From contig CP154954.1 of NCBI GenBank assembly GCA_039621445.1, positions 49,207,847-49,271,846 of the forward strand: 64,000 bases of DNA, written 5' to 3'. The notes below the pieces were generated by a model that saw only the letters and a list, made by a program, of their open reading frames with translations, ran no database searches and was not told the DNA's origin. Origin of the DNA: Euglena gracilis. Its lineage: Eukaryota. Shown piece by piece: positions 24,061 to 36,660 of the stretch; position 1 is the stretch's first letter, and every line of letters starts with the position of its first letter. A program made the translations under genes and the position numbers.

Positions 24061-27000
24061 TATAAGACCCCCCCTCGGGAGCCAAAATCCCAAGGGGGGG
24101 TCTTATGGGGGGTCGGCACGCCGTGGCGAGGGGTCCGGCTAGGGGGGGGGGGAGGGGGGGTTTTGGCGTTTTTTTGGCGTGGCGAGGGGGTCCCGGATGG
24201 GGGGGGGGTGCGCGGGGGTTTGCCAAGAAAATTTTCTTTGGCGGGCCTGACATGGCGTGGCGAGGGGGTCTGAAAAGGGGGGGGAGGGGGGGTAAAATGG
24301 CGTGGCGAGGGGGTCGGTGAGGGGGGGGGGGAGGGGTGTGCCGACCCCCCTATATGGGGGGAGGTCGGTCCCGGCCAAAGAGCCGGCCTTCGGCCGGCCA
24401 GGGGGGGGTCTTATATGGGGGGGGCATGGTATGTCCAAAAATGGTCATTTTTGACCATTTTTGGCCTCAAGAAAGTCGAGATTTTTTCGCGAAAATTTTT
24501 TCTTGGGCATGCTAGGCACAATGGGGGGTCGAGGGGGGGCGAGCGGCCGCGCAGGGGCCTCGGGTCCCCCCCCCCCAGAGCGGCATGCCTAGCCCCCTGT
24601 GGTTTTGTCCCCCAAAAGATCTTCCTCATTTCCGTCCAGGCGGTTCAGTCAAAAATGAAATTCAAGACAGGCGTGCGGGCCAAACAAAATAGATTTAGTA
24701 GGGGCGCCCGGCCGCTTGCATGGCACGGCGCCCCTACTCTGAATCTGTCGGTGCCGGTAGGTTTTGTATGAAAACAAAGTGATGTTTGTTCAAAAAAAAA
24801 CGCCGTTTGTTAAAAAATTTTGAAACCCGTTGAAAATAGAAAATAGAAAATGGAAAAAAAACCGAAAACGCAATTTGCCTTTTCCCATCTTTGTCAAGGT
24901 GGTTTCAACATATAAAAAAAAGCCCCCGAGATTTTGGAAAAAAAATTTGAAAAGTGTGTAAGTTACATTTCAATTTCTTACATTGAGAACTCAACTTTTC
25001 ATTGAATTTTGACGTCGCTACTGTCTCGCCGCCCTTCGGCACAAGTCTAGAACTCATGGGTCGGAAGGGGCGAAAATCTTCCTTTTTTTAATTTTGGGAG
25101 CACATGCATCTTGACTTGGCTTCTAAAATCAAATATTTAAAAAGCACACCATTTCCGTTGTCAAATTTGGCTCTTTTTGGGGAAGCTTTTTTTTAAAAAA
25201 AACGCATCATCGTCCAGCCGCCCTTTGGGCAACGGTGGTTTTGGAGGTAACCTCATCACTACACTCTTTTTTGAAATCCCAAAACACAAACTTATGGATT
25301 AGTGCCATGATGTCCAAAATTGCCACATTTTTTTTGTCGCATGCAGTGCCATCTTTCAAAAAAAAAACGCTACTATCTCGCCGCCCGAAGTGCGGCAAAA
25401 AAAAAACTTGGCCTAGTCAAGGATCTCGCCCCCCCCCAAAACCACTTCAACACCACCCTCCCCCATCGCCTACTCTCCCTTAAAAGAACCCTCGGCCACC
25501 ATGCGGGGGGGGTCCATTTTCAATGTTGAGGGTCAAGGGGGGGTGCTGACCCAAGACCAGTTTTAAGGGGGATGGAAGGATCGAAGAAGTTAAAATGAGG
25601 AAGCCGTCAGAGTATTGGATAAGAAGGGAGAAACACACGCATTTTTCCATCAATTAAAAAGGTGAGGTGGGGTCAGAAGGGGAGAACGAATGTTGAAGTT
25701 TCCATGAGGTTGAAAAATCCAGGACAGATGGCTTCCCAAAAAGATAAAAAATAAGGCAATTTTTTTGGGCCACATTTAAGTGTAATGTTGCCGAATCCCT
25801 CAACATCCGGCCAGATGCACCTCCGCCTTCTTCAACCACGTTACACTGCGTATTTCCTAACAACAACCAAGCCAAAGCACTTGGACGCTTTGAGAGCCCC
25901 AGGACATCTTGCAGGGCAAAGGCTGTGATGTTGGTGTATTCCCATGCGTCGTGGCGTTGGATCACCCCCAAAACTTTCGAATGAATTTTTCATCCCTCGG
26001 GGGATGAAAAAATGACACCACATTTCTCGCCAAGATCGAAAGGGGAATCCCATTCTCGCAAAACATCACACCCCACCCCCCAACACAAGATCTCCAATCT
26101 ACATTTTCCAACCAAGATTTGGTGACATTAAATACAGCTCCAAATATCCCACTACTTTGCAAGACTGAGAGGTGTGGGACTTGTCCCATACCCGGACCAA
26201 GGGAATGGGTCAAGGGTGTGATAAAGGAAATTTGTTGACCCCCCAACTTGCCCCATACGCGGGCTGTGCTGGGCCGGGATGTAGGACAAGATTGGTGGAT
26301 GGTCAGGAGGTTTGGCTGGCACCCTGGCACCCTCCACAGACCGTGGCAGAACAAGAATTGAACACTCTTCTGGTGGTGGGATCGCTGCAAATATTGCCCG
26401 ACCCGCAGCTGGGGCACCTCATTGTGTAAAAATTGAATTTGAACAACTTTTGACAATGTATTCTGTCTGCAGCTCCAATGTTTTGAAGGTATCTTTAAGA
26501 GAGTATGATCAAAAGAGAAGCCGCGAATCCATTTGCCAACCCAAAGTCTTTACCTTCTGTGGATGATGAAGAGGTTTCAGCATGGACAACTCCGACAACT
26601 GAAAAGGGGCGTGCCGCGGCTGAGCGGAATCGAGGTGCAAGAGAAAATCGTGTTCAGATGGGTTCTTAGTTTCCACCCTGACTTGCATGTCCACAAATCC
26701 CTTGTGGAGTGAAAATTCAGTATTGAGTAAGTTGAGTACGTTTGCTATGGCAACTGCCATGGAGGTTCAGGCGGGTTCGGTTGGTGGGAGGGATCCCAAG
26801 GGGGAGTATTTTTTGTTGGGAGGGAGGGGGGGGGCTGTCATGGAATGGGGAGGTCGGCCAGAGGAGACCAGGCAGAGGGGGGGGGGGGTGCTGCGGCGCG
26901 CCGTTTTGAAGGGGGCTTCCAGCCGGGGCGCGCACGCAGTGCGCGGGCCATATTTTGGCAGAAAATTTGGTAATTTTTCGGGTGGACAGCAAATTCTGGC

Positions 27001-27667
27001 CGCGTTTGGTGAAAATGGGGGTCCCCTTGCCATTGCTGCAACCCCCCTCTCCGAGGGCATGAAGGGGCAACAATGGAGACTAGGTGTGCCATTTGCCAAA
27101 GGCCCTGACCCCCCTCCCCCCTCGCGCCACGGCGCCGGGTAGCAGAATTTTTGACTCCGCTCAAAATGGAGATGCAGATGGCCACCAGGCTGTTTTTTTT
27201 TAGTTGCAATTTTGCAGTATGTGAACCAAAGAGGGTTCATTTTGGCACTTTAGGTGGCCTTTTGGGTTTAATTCGGTCGGTTAGTTCATGGCCCATGGGA
27301 ACAGTAGGGGGGGGGGGGGAGCCCCCCCCCCCCCCCTTACGGTTCCCCCCCCATACTGTTCCCATGGACCCAAAAGGGGGCCACGGGACGGGAATAGTAA
27401 GGGGGGGGCATGGTAGTCGGCCGACTACCACAACCCCCCCCCCAGTCTACCACCATGCGCCACCCCCCCCCCCCGTTGTCGTTCCCATAGACCATGAACT
27501 GACCAACCAAATTAGACCCAAAAGGCCACCTGAAATGCCAAACAAAGCTTTTGAAAATTGCACCTGCACAACATCCATTTTGGTGTTGGTTTGGACCCAG
27601 GGGGCAGGGGGGTCCTGAGGGCCAGTACGCAGGCCGGGGGGGGGGGGGTCCTGTTGCCGCCTCAGTC

Positions 27668-27920
27668 GGTCGACCGGTACTTGTCTGTTATCGTACGACG
27701 GACCCCTTTTTGGTTATGGTACGACACCCTTTTTTTTGGGTTATTTCGGGTTAATTTAAGGAATAGGGTTAGGTGCGCACATGCACGTTTGCGCTACATG
27801 GCCACGTTGCGCAACATGCATGTGCGCACCTATTCCTTTAAATAACCCTAAAAATAAGTGTCGTACCATAACCAAAAGGGGGGGGTCCGTCGTACGATAA
27901 CAGACAAGTACCGGTCGACC
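27668..27920. repeat. ~250-bp foldback/palindromic element
   Basis: Arms GGTCGACCGGTACTTGTCTGTTATCGTACGACGGACCCC...GGTGCGCACATGC are near-perfect reverse complements. Confidence 0.88.
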
Positions 27921-28559
27921 CAACAATGGGTCGACCGACCCTCGGACGGCCAACAAGGGTCGACAAGACGGGGCTCCCTTGTGTTACCCTCTTCAGGGGG
28001 GGGAGACAAATCCCTTTTGTTGCTCAACTGTACGAGGGCCCCATAATCCCTTGTGTCACTTTTTGACCCATGAAATTTTCGAGACATGGGCCATTTGTGT
28101 GTTGGACTGTTGCAGGGCAGAACCGGAAACGGCCAAACAGCCAGGGTGGTATGTGGGGGGGGGGGGGGGCGACCACCCCCATCAAAACGGTGAAGTTCAC
28201 CGGGGGGGTCTGCAGCCCCCCTTTGTTGCACTAAGGCTTCTTGTCTGTTTATGGCCGGCGCTAACTTCTGCCGGGGGGGGGGGTCTGCCGCCCCCCCCCC
28301 CCCCCCCGTGCTGCCTGACCTCCAAGGGCCACCCACCTGGTGAATCTTTGATGGGTGAAATTTTGCTCCTTTTCCTCTCAAAATGGTCATTTTGAGGTTG
28401 ATGCTTAATGGAATTTTATCGAAATCTCCGACAACTTGCCCAAAAAGTCATTTTTGGCCATTTTTTGGCCCAAAAAAGTGCTCTCGTGGGGAACTTCACC
28501 GGTGAAGTTCACCGTTGGGGTTGGCAGAGGGGGGGGGTTGGGACCACCCGGTGAACTTT

Positions 28560-31077
28560 CTGATACGAAAACTGTGTCCAGAACGCCGGTTTGGGCGTGA
28601 AGCCGTGTTTCAGAACGCTGGTTCGGGCTGCCGCCCGAACCGGCGTTCTGGACACAGTTGTTGAAACCAGGGGCTCTGGCTTCACGCCCGAACCGGCGTT
28701 CAAGGAATCACGGCCAATTTCGTCCTGAAAACCCAGTTTCTGAACATTTTTGAGCATTTTTGGGCTCCTTTGGGCTCATGGCCATGTCGATCGGCCGATT
28801 GAAGTTTTCACAGGTCTGGTGCCTTGATACCCATCGATCAAAAGCTTTTTTCAAGGGCTTTTGACAGATGGCCACAGGATTCAGCCATTATGCACACAGC
28901 GCTTATTTTCAGCAATTGTGCATCCAAAATATGACATCTTATTTGTGAAATCCCACACCTCAGGTGCTATACAGCATATCAATCGAAAGCTCTCCCTGAG
29001 ACCTTTCGCTTGGTACCCACACTGCATAGCGCCCTGAAAATTGCTGATCGCATGTTCCGACCCTTTTCGCAAATTCCAAAATCCACTGTTCACACCTGCC
29101 ATGTTGCCCCTTGATCGATAGCCCTTCTCAAGGGCTTTCAGCAGATGGCCTTAGATTTCAGCCGTGCTATGGTACTCTATTTCACAAAATCGCCAAATTT
29201 GGCCAAATGGAAATTATTGCACAAAATACCTTAATTTCTGGCCAAATACACTAAAAAACTGCTCAGATATGATTGCACATGCCTACAAAGCCTTTTGGAC
29301 ACTTTTTGGCACTTTTTGTTTTGGGTCCCTCGGACGCCGACTTCCCGCTCAAACCGGCGTTCTGGATGCCGGCTCGGCGCAGAGTGCCATGTTGCCATGT
29401 TGCCCTAACCCTACTCCTTCAAATAACCCCATAGGACCAAAAATAGGGTGTCGTGTGATAACCAAAAGGAAGGGGTCGATCGTGCGATGACAGATAAGTA
29501 CCCTAAAAACTACCAATTTTTAAACCTGAATGTTTTGAGTTATATAGATATTTTTTGTGAAAAAGGTGGTTTTCCATCAAAAAATCATGTATTTTGGGTT
29601 CATTTTGCAAATAAAATTTCAAAAAAAATTTCCCGGCAAAAATTCCCGGTTTTTTTTTGCAAAATTGGTGAAAGTGCTGCCCCCCCCCCTATTTGTCACG
29701 GCTCTAGGTGGTAGACTGGGGGGGGGGGGGAGGGGGGGGTGGGCCGACTAGTCCGCCGACCAATTGGGTGGTAGCTAGTCGGCGAGACGGGGGGGGGGGG
29801 GGGGTAGTGGGTAGTCGGCGGACTAGTCGGCCGACTACCCACTCTAATGTACTAACGGGTCAAAACCGCCGACTTTTAAGCCCCCCCCATGTAGAAAATT
29901 AGTCGGTGGCTAGTCGGTGGTCATAAAAATGGTCTGTGGCAGGTCCAAATCACCCGGAAATGGTCCGGATGGATCCAAATAAGTGCCTTACACCAACATA
30001 AACATCCCCAGATGGAAATCTTGGTCGGTGGGGTTCGGTGGGCCCTTGATGGGGGTCCGGAGTGGTAAAAACCAATGATGAAACAGGGATTACATGAAAA
30101 TCCTTTAGAAATGCAAGCATTCTGCATCACGACAGGCTGAAACCGTGTCTGGGGGCTCCGGTTTCATGCCCGAACCGGCGTCTGGGACGCCGGTTCGGGC
30201 GGGAAATTTCTGCGCCGAACCGGCGTCCCAGACGCCGGTTCGGGCGTGAAAACGGCGTCTCGGGGACCCAAAATAAAAAGTGCCAAAAAGTGTCCAAAAG
30301 GGCTTGTAGACAGGTGGCATTCATTTTTTAGCAGTTTTTGGGTGGTCTTGGGCAAAAAATTGTGGTTTTTTGAGCAAAAATTTCCTTTTGGCCAATTTTG
30401 GAGAATTTCTGAAATAGAATACCACGCAGCACGGCAGAAATCTAAGGCCATCTGCTGAAAGCCCTTGAGAAGAGCTTTCGATCGATGGGCAACATGGCAG
30501 CTGAAAAGTGGAATTTCAGATATGCAAATGGGGTCCGAAAAATGCGGAAAAATGCGATCGCTGATTTTGAGGGCGCTTTGCAATCTGGCTGAGTTCTGTG
30601 GGTACCAAGCGAAAGGTGTTGGCGAGACCTTTCGTTTGATATGCAATATGCAACCTGAGCAATGGGATTTGACAAATTAGGATGTCAAATTTTGGAATAC
30701 ACGATCGCTGAAAATAAGCGCTGCATGCATTATGGCCGAATCCTGTGGCCATCTGTCGAAAGCCCTTTAAAAGAGCTTTCGATTAATGGGCAACATGCTT
30801 TCATAAGTATGAAATCTGCCATTTTTGACCGGCCGCCCATTTGGGCCAAAAATGCCCAAAACTGCCCCAAACATGGGTATTTTGGGCGAAATTGGCCGTG
30901 ATTCCCTAGCCGCCGGTTCGGGCATGAAACCGGAGCCCCCTAGCCACGGTTTCAAAAACTGTGTCCCAAACGCCGGTTCGGGCGGGAAACCTGTGCCTAG
31001 GCTACCGCCCGAACCGGCGTCCCAGGCACAGGTTTCCCGCCCGAACCGGCGTCTGGGACACAGTTCTCGATATAGAA
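28560..31077. mobile_element. Two inverted copies of an ~0.8-0.9-kb interspersed element rich in CCCGAACCGGCGTC motifs
   Basis: 28560-29380 is the diverged reverse complement of 30135-31077; 19145-19370 is the reverse complement of ~30860-31077; related motifs at 20957-21897. Confidence 0.75.
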
Positions 31078-31751
31078 AACTCCCCCCTCCACCCCCATCC
31101 GAGCCTCAGATAACAAAATCCCTTCTGTGTTGGCCACATACTCGGGGGCTAAGTCGTTTTGTGGCTCACTTTGGCATAGGCGGGGGGGGGTCCCCCCCCC
31201 CCCCCCCCCCGGAGGTTAGGCAGTACGGGGGGGGGGGGTGGACCCCCCCCGGTGAACTTCACCGGTGAACGTTCACTGGGGGGGGGGGTACTTTCGGCGG
31301 TGAAGTTCACCGGTGAACTTCACTGTTTTGATGGTTGGGGGTGAATTTTTCATGGGTGAAATTTTGCTCCTTTCCTCTTAAAATGGTCATTTTGAGGTTG
31401 ATGGTTCATGGAATTTAATCGAAATTTCCGAAAACTTGCCCAAAATGTCATTTTCGGCCATTTTTGGCCAAAAAAAGTGCTCTTGTGGTGAAGTTCACCG
31501 TTGGGTTAGGCAGAGGGGGGGTCCGGGACCCCCTGGTGAACTTTCAAACGGTGAACTTCACCATAGGGGGGGGAGGGGGGGTCAAAATGACCAAAGTCTG
31601 ATCTCCCCCCCGCACCCCCCCCAAATAACAAAATCCCTTCTATGTTGGCAACATACTTGGAGGGCTAAGTCCTTTTTGTTAAAAACCTATTTTCTGGGCC
31701 CGACGCCTGTCTTGAAATTCTACTGACATTAACGGATTTCAGGCTGAAATT

Positions 31752-31903
31752 GTTTATGTCGGTCGATTTCCATTCAGGCGCCCGTTTATGTCAGTCAATT
31801 TCCATTCAGGCGCCCGTTTATGTAAGTCGATTTCCATTCAGGCGCCCGTTTATGACAGTCGATTTCCATTCAGGCGCCCGTTTATGAAAGTCGATTTCCA
31901 TTC
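31752..31903 (+). repeat. 32-bp minisatellite, ~5 units
   Basis: GTTTATG-NNN-GTCGATTTCCATTCAGGCGCCC. Confidence 0.92.
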
Positions 31904-32617
31904 CATTGAAATCTGTTGCTAGTCAGATTGGGAATTTGTAGTGATTTTTTGGACATTTTGTATTTCCATTTTTTTCGACATTTTTGGTCCTATGGGGTTG
32001 TGGAGGAGTTATGGATCAGACAAAAAACCAAATTTTGTGGCCAGGTGATCACAGCTGGCTGAACTTTGGATGGAACAGACGGAAGGACGGTACTTAAGAT
32101 TATTATTTTCTGGATCTTCAGAAAAAGCATTCGGCATATTTGTCCTGAACCAGTTGTCATCACTGGTCATCTAAAAGAAAAGCTTTCGGGTGAGGAGTTA
32201 TTTGGCAATGTCAACCCTATTTTCTGGGCTCGACGCCTGTATTGCAATTATATTGACATCATCGGATTTCGGGCCAAGGCTGTGTTCATAGCAAAAGGCT
32301 GTGTTCATGGCTTTGGTCAAAATCTGTGTTTGTAATAAAACGCAGACTCTGGCCTGAGTCTCTGTTTCGAAGCGCTGAGTCTGTTATTCGGCCTGAGTCT
32401 GCGTTTCGAAACGCAGACTCGGGTCAGAGTCTGCGTTTAAGAAGCAGTTCTTGATATAGAGATTGAAAAAAAGAAAAAAGCATTCCGAAAAAAAGAGACA
32501 AAATGTTGGTCGACATTAACAGGTTTCAGGCTGAAACTGAAAATGTCCCAAAACGGAACAAAAAGGCATTCAAAAAAGGAAACAAAAGGTTGGTCGATTT
32601 CCAAGACATCGGAAACC

Positions 32618-32779
32618 GTTTATGTCCGTCGATTTCCATTCAGGCGCCCGTTTATGACAGTCGATTTCCATTCAGGCGCCCGTTTATGTCAGTCGATTTC
32701 CATTCAGGCGCCCGTTTATGAAAGTCGATTTCCATTCAGGCGCCGTTTATGTCAGTCGATTTCCATTCAGGCGCCCGTT
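32618..32779 (+). repeat. 32-bp minisatellite, ~5 units
   Basis: Same unit as 31752-31903. Confidence 0.92.
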
Positions 32780-35700
32780 AATGGGCCAAAAACCACTTTT
32801 TTGACCATATTTCCGTCCAGGCGGTTCGGTCGAATGAATATCAAGACAGGCGTCGGGCCCAGACAAAATAGGTTTTAGAAAAATCGACCGAGACTAACAG
32901 ATTCAGCAGGGGCGCCGCGCGGCTCGCTTCGCTCGCTCGCGCCCGGCGCCCCTGCTGATCTGTCAGTGTCGGTCGATTTTTGTATAGAAATTTTGGCATA
33001 GGCAGGGGGGGGTGGGCTCCGCCCCCCCCCCCGCACCCCCCCCCCTCAAATAACAAAATCCCTTCTATGTTGGCAATATACTTGGAAGTCCTTTTTGTGC
33101 AAATTTTGACTTATATTGAAAATCCAATGGGGAGAGGTGTTCTTTTGCCAAAAGTGGCCCAAAATGGACATTTTGCCCCCAGTTTTTTTGCATATTCACC
33201 CCCGATTGGGGGGGTTCTGGAGCCATTTGGGTGGGTTTTGACTGGTGATGAGGTGATTTGGACAAACGTTTTTTCTCGGGGGGGGGGCTTAAAAGTCGGC
33301 GAGACTGGCCCGAAACTACATTAGAGTGGGTGGTCGGCCGACTACACCCCCCCCCCCCCCGTCTCGCCGACTAGCTGCCGACCAGGCCCAATCGGCCGAC
33401 CAGTTGGGTGGTCGGCCGACCACCCGCTACCCCCCCCCCAGTCTACCGTCTGCCACAATTTGTCACCCCCTTTGGGCTCCTCTGGACCCTAGGTGACAAT
33501 AAGAGGGGGGTGGCAATTGGGGGGGTGGGTTGCCAGTAATCCACCCCCCCCATTTGTTTTTGTTTTTTGGCACACATTCAGCACGCCTGGAAAAAAAATA
33601 CTCAGCGCGCATGTGGTTTCTTTAGGATTACCCCACCCCCTAATTGTCACCTTTTGGGGGGACAAAGGGGGGAGGTGACGGTATGTGAAAATGAGGATTT
33701 GTCACCAGAATTCCCTATCATTGAGTTTTTGACGTCCCCCCCCCCTGCTTCCTTGTTTTCATATCTTGAAAGGTTTGTTGTATTCTAAAGTTTTCCACCC
33801 ACCGAACCTTTCTGCTGCCGTCCAAGTTGCTGTTCGTATAAGACCCATGACAAAAGCTGAACAGCTCTCTTCTCTTCTGAATCCTTGTTGCCAGAAGAAC
33901 TCCTGGTGAAAAACACCTTCTGACTCGTGAGTGTCTATTTGTGGGGGAAGTGCATTTCGAGTTGTGTTGTCTGTCAGTGTTGAGGTTCGCCCCAGACAGG
34001 TGGGTCATGCGTTTCTGGAGCCGTGCTGGGAGTTCCTGTTTTGCTCTGGACCAAAAATCGCTTCAAGGCCAAGCATTGTGGGGGTCTTTTGGGGGGGACC
34101 CCCAGGGCAGAACGGGAATCGACCGAACAGCCAGGGTGGTGGGTGGGGGGGTCGACCCCCCCCCCACCCCCTGCATGGTGGGGGGGTCGACCCCCCCCCA
34201 CCACCTCTTCCCGCATTTCCGGGAGCACCAATTTTTGGACCCGAAAAAAAATTTCCGGCGCCTTTGGCGCCGAGTGTTTTTTTGACCCATTTTGGGACCC
34301 ATATAGGGGGTCCCCCCAAAAACCACCCAAAACCCCATTTTTTCGCACCTTCCAAAAATTCGACATTTTCTCAAAATGTTGATTTTGAGAGGTTTTTGAA
34401 GCGAACAATGCCATTGAAAGTCCAAAAAAGTTCAACGAGAAAAAATGTCAGTAAAATTTGGCTGTGCCAAAATTTCGTCCACTTTTTTTGACCTTGTTTT
34501 TTTCACCCCCCCCCCTCCTAAAAAGTACCAATTTTTAGGACGGAAAATTTTGAGATTTTTTGTGAAAATTTGTGGTTTTCCATCAAAAAATCATGTGTTT
34601 TGGGTTCATTTTTCAAAAAATTTTCAAAATTTTTCTGGCCAAAATCCCCGTTTCCCCGAAATCGGTGAAAATGCTGTGGTGGGTGGGGGGGTCGACCCCC
34701 CCCCACCAGGCCTTCCCATTCTGCCCTGGGGACCCCTCCAAAGAAGCGTCCCTCCTACAGCTGGTGCCCTCTGTTCTTGGAACAGTTTGACAAACTCCAC
34801 AAAGAAACAACAGCTTTTATGAAGTGCTTCAACAGAATTCCCCAACTTTTTGACAGGGTCGTTGGAACAAAACAACATATTGTTTGATAGTTTTGATATA
34901 ATTCACAAAGCATCCTGAGTGCCAAAAACCGACATGTCTAAATTCTTTGTCAGTTTTATTTTTGAAAACATTTCAGAAACGCTGTCCAAAAGTTCCAAAA
35001 ACCTCTTCTCTGGAGTTTCATTCAAAATCCCAATCCGTTTCAACAACAAGGGCATTAGCTGTAAGAAGTTGTTCAAATGGTGCAGGTCTTCCCTGCCCCC
35101 CTCCGAAGGGTTTTTTTTTTGGCTTGTGCCACCCCCCACATTTTTGGGTTCTGCACCCCCACTTGGCATAATAGGGGGGGGGATGACCCGCGCGAAATAA
35201 GTGGGGATGGCTTATGTCGTGGGGATTGAACAACCAGTGGTCATTTTCCACCCAGAAATCACCAGTCTCCTCAATTACGCTGCAATTCTCCAGTTGGAAG
35301 TTTCAGGGGTTCCTTGTAGAGGAAAAGCTGCCCTGATGGTGGTATTGCAGAAGGTGCAATTGTTGCAGATGGCCATTTCGGTGTCAAAACAACTCGAGTT
35401 GGGGAACCCCCGAAAGAGTTTGTCTACAAGCAAGTCTCCATTTCTTTTGGAAAAAAATTCTTTTGTCCAATGTGACACCGACACACAGGGGAGGTCGACC
35501 CCCCGACCTGCCGGGGGGAGGGGTCTGGGACCCCCTACTCCCCCCCCCCAGGGCCCAGGGGGTGGGCAAGGTATAAGTGACCATCCCCCCGGCTGAGAGG
35601 GGATTCGACACCCCCCCTCAACTAAATTTTTTCTTCCCCGGCGCTCCGTATGTTTTTATCATCATTTTGTTGAAAAAAACTCCTGAAAACGCAATTTTGG

Positions 35701-36533
35701 ACACTTTTTGAAATCCCTCAAAAATAGTTTCCGGCGCTTCCAATAAATTTTTGACATTGACATTTTTTGGGTCGAATCCTCAAATTGAGATTTTCAAACT
35801 TTTTTTTAAATACGCCTGAAAATTCGGACTTTGGCACAAAAATTCGGAATATCCAGCATTTTTGTCAAAAAAGTCTTTTGCAAACCGTTTTTCCTAGGAA
35901 CTTTGATGATGTTCTTTTTTTAAAAAAAAACAATCCCAACCTTGATTTCGGGGATTCCCAAATAGCCCCCCCCCCCCATATTGTTCCCATCGGGCATCGG
36001 CTTGGGTGAGGGCCATTATTCTTGGGCACTGTTTTGAGTCAGGAGTGTTATTTTAGGCTAGGTGGGCACTATTTTCATATGGAGATTGGAATTGTAAAAC
36101 AGTAGGATGGATGGAGGAGTTCAGATTTGCGGATATGAAATCTTATTACATTATTGTATTTTTTAGTTTCATTGTAATTTTTTTATCATTATTATCACAT
36201 CATCATCATCATTAATCATTGTTGTTGCTGTTGTTGTTATATTATTATTGTATTACTCCAGGAGATACCAGCACCTGCAAACGGACTTTTGTGAATATCA
36301 GATCCAAACAGATGGGATTGAGATGGTGCCAGAGGAGGGATGGAAAAGGGTTCCCAAATGACAATCCGTATTGTTGTGCACAATGAAACTTAGCCGAGGC
36401 AACCACGCTGAAATATGAAGCTGGGGGGGGGCGGGCTTTAAAACTGGGAGAAGAATTAAATTGGCCAGGCCACGGTCAGTTGCTGAAGAGCAAGGGCCCC
36501 CTGACCAATTTTTTTTTGAACGTCCCTGTTTCA

Positions 36534-36660
36534 AATGGAGATTTGGCAACGATTACGTCTTCGACAGCGGGCAAGAAGAGGTTTGGGATTGCATCGGAAA
36601 GCCAATGCTGGCAGATGCCTATGATGGCTATAATGTGACTCTCTTTGCCTATGGGCAAAC
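36534..36660 (+). CDS. Kinesin exon: [42 protein letters not shown]
   Basis: Kinesin motif [12 protein letters not shown]; the 5' boundary is inferred from CTG+5 nt and is uncertain. Confidence 0.88.

Larger units (their letters stand above)
31682..32876. mobile_element. ~1.2-kb TIR element carrying two 32-bp tandem arrays
   Basis: TIR AAACCTATTTT(GT)CTGGGCCCGACGCCTGTCTTGA; arrays at 31752-31903 and 32618-32779. Confidence 0.72.

Noticed and set aside
25650-26760. Non-LTR retrotransposon reverse-transcriptase remnant (minus strand, VKTLGWQMDSRLLF)
   Set aside because: Only a vague resemblance to the KYLG motif; no YADD or other RT motifs visible; insufficient without a search.
31752-32779. 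CRISPR array
   Set aside because: Units are contiguous with only a 3-nt variable window; no spacers, no cas genes, eukaryotic context.
36255-36533. Kinesin first exon(s) or trans-splice acceptor
   Set aside because: A T-rich tract ending in CAG is present, but I found no VxVRxRP-like motif or convincing in-frame join; the 5' end is left unresolved.
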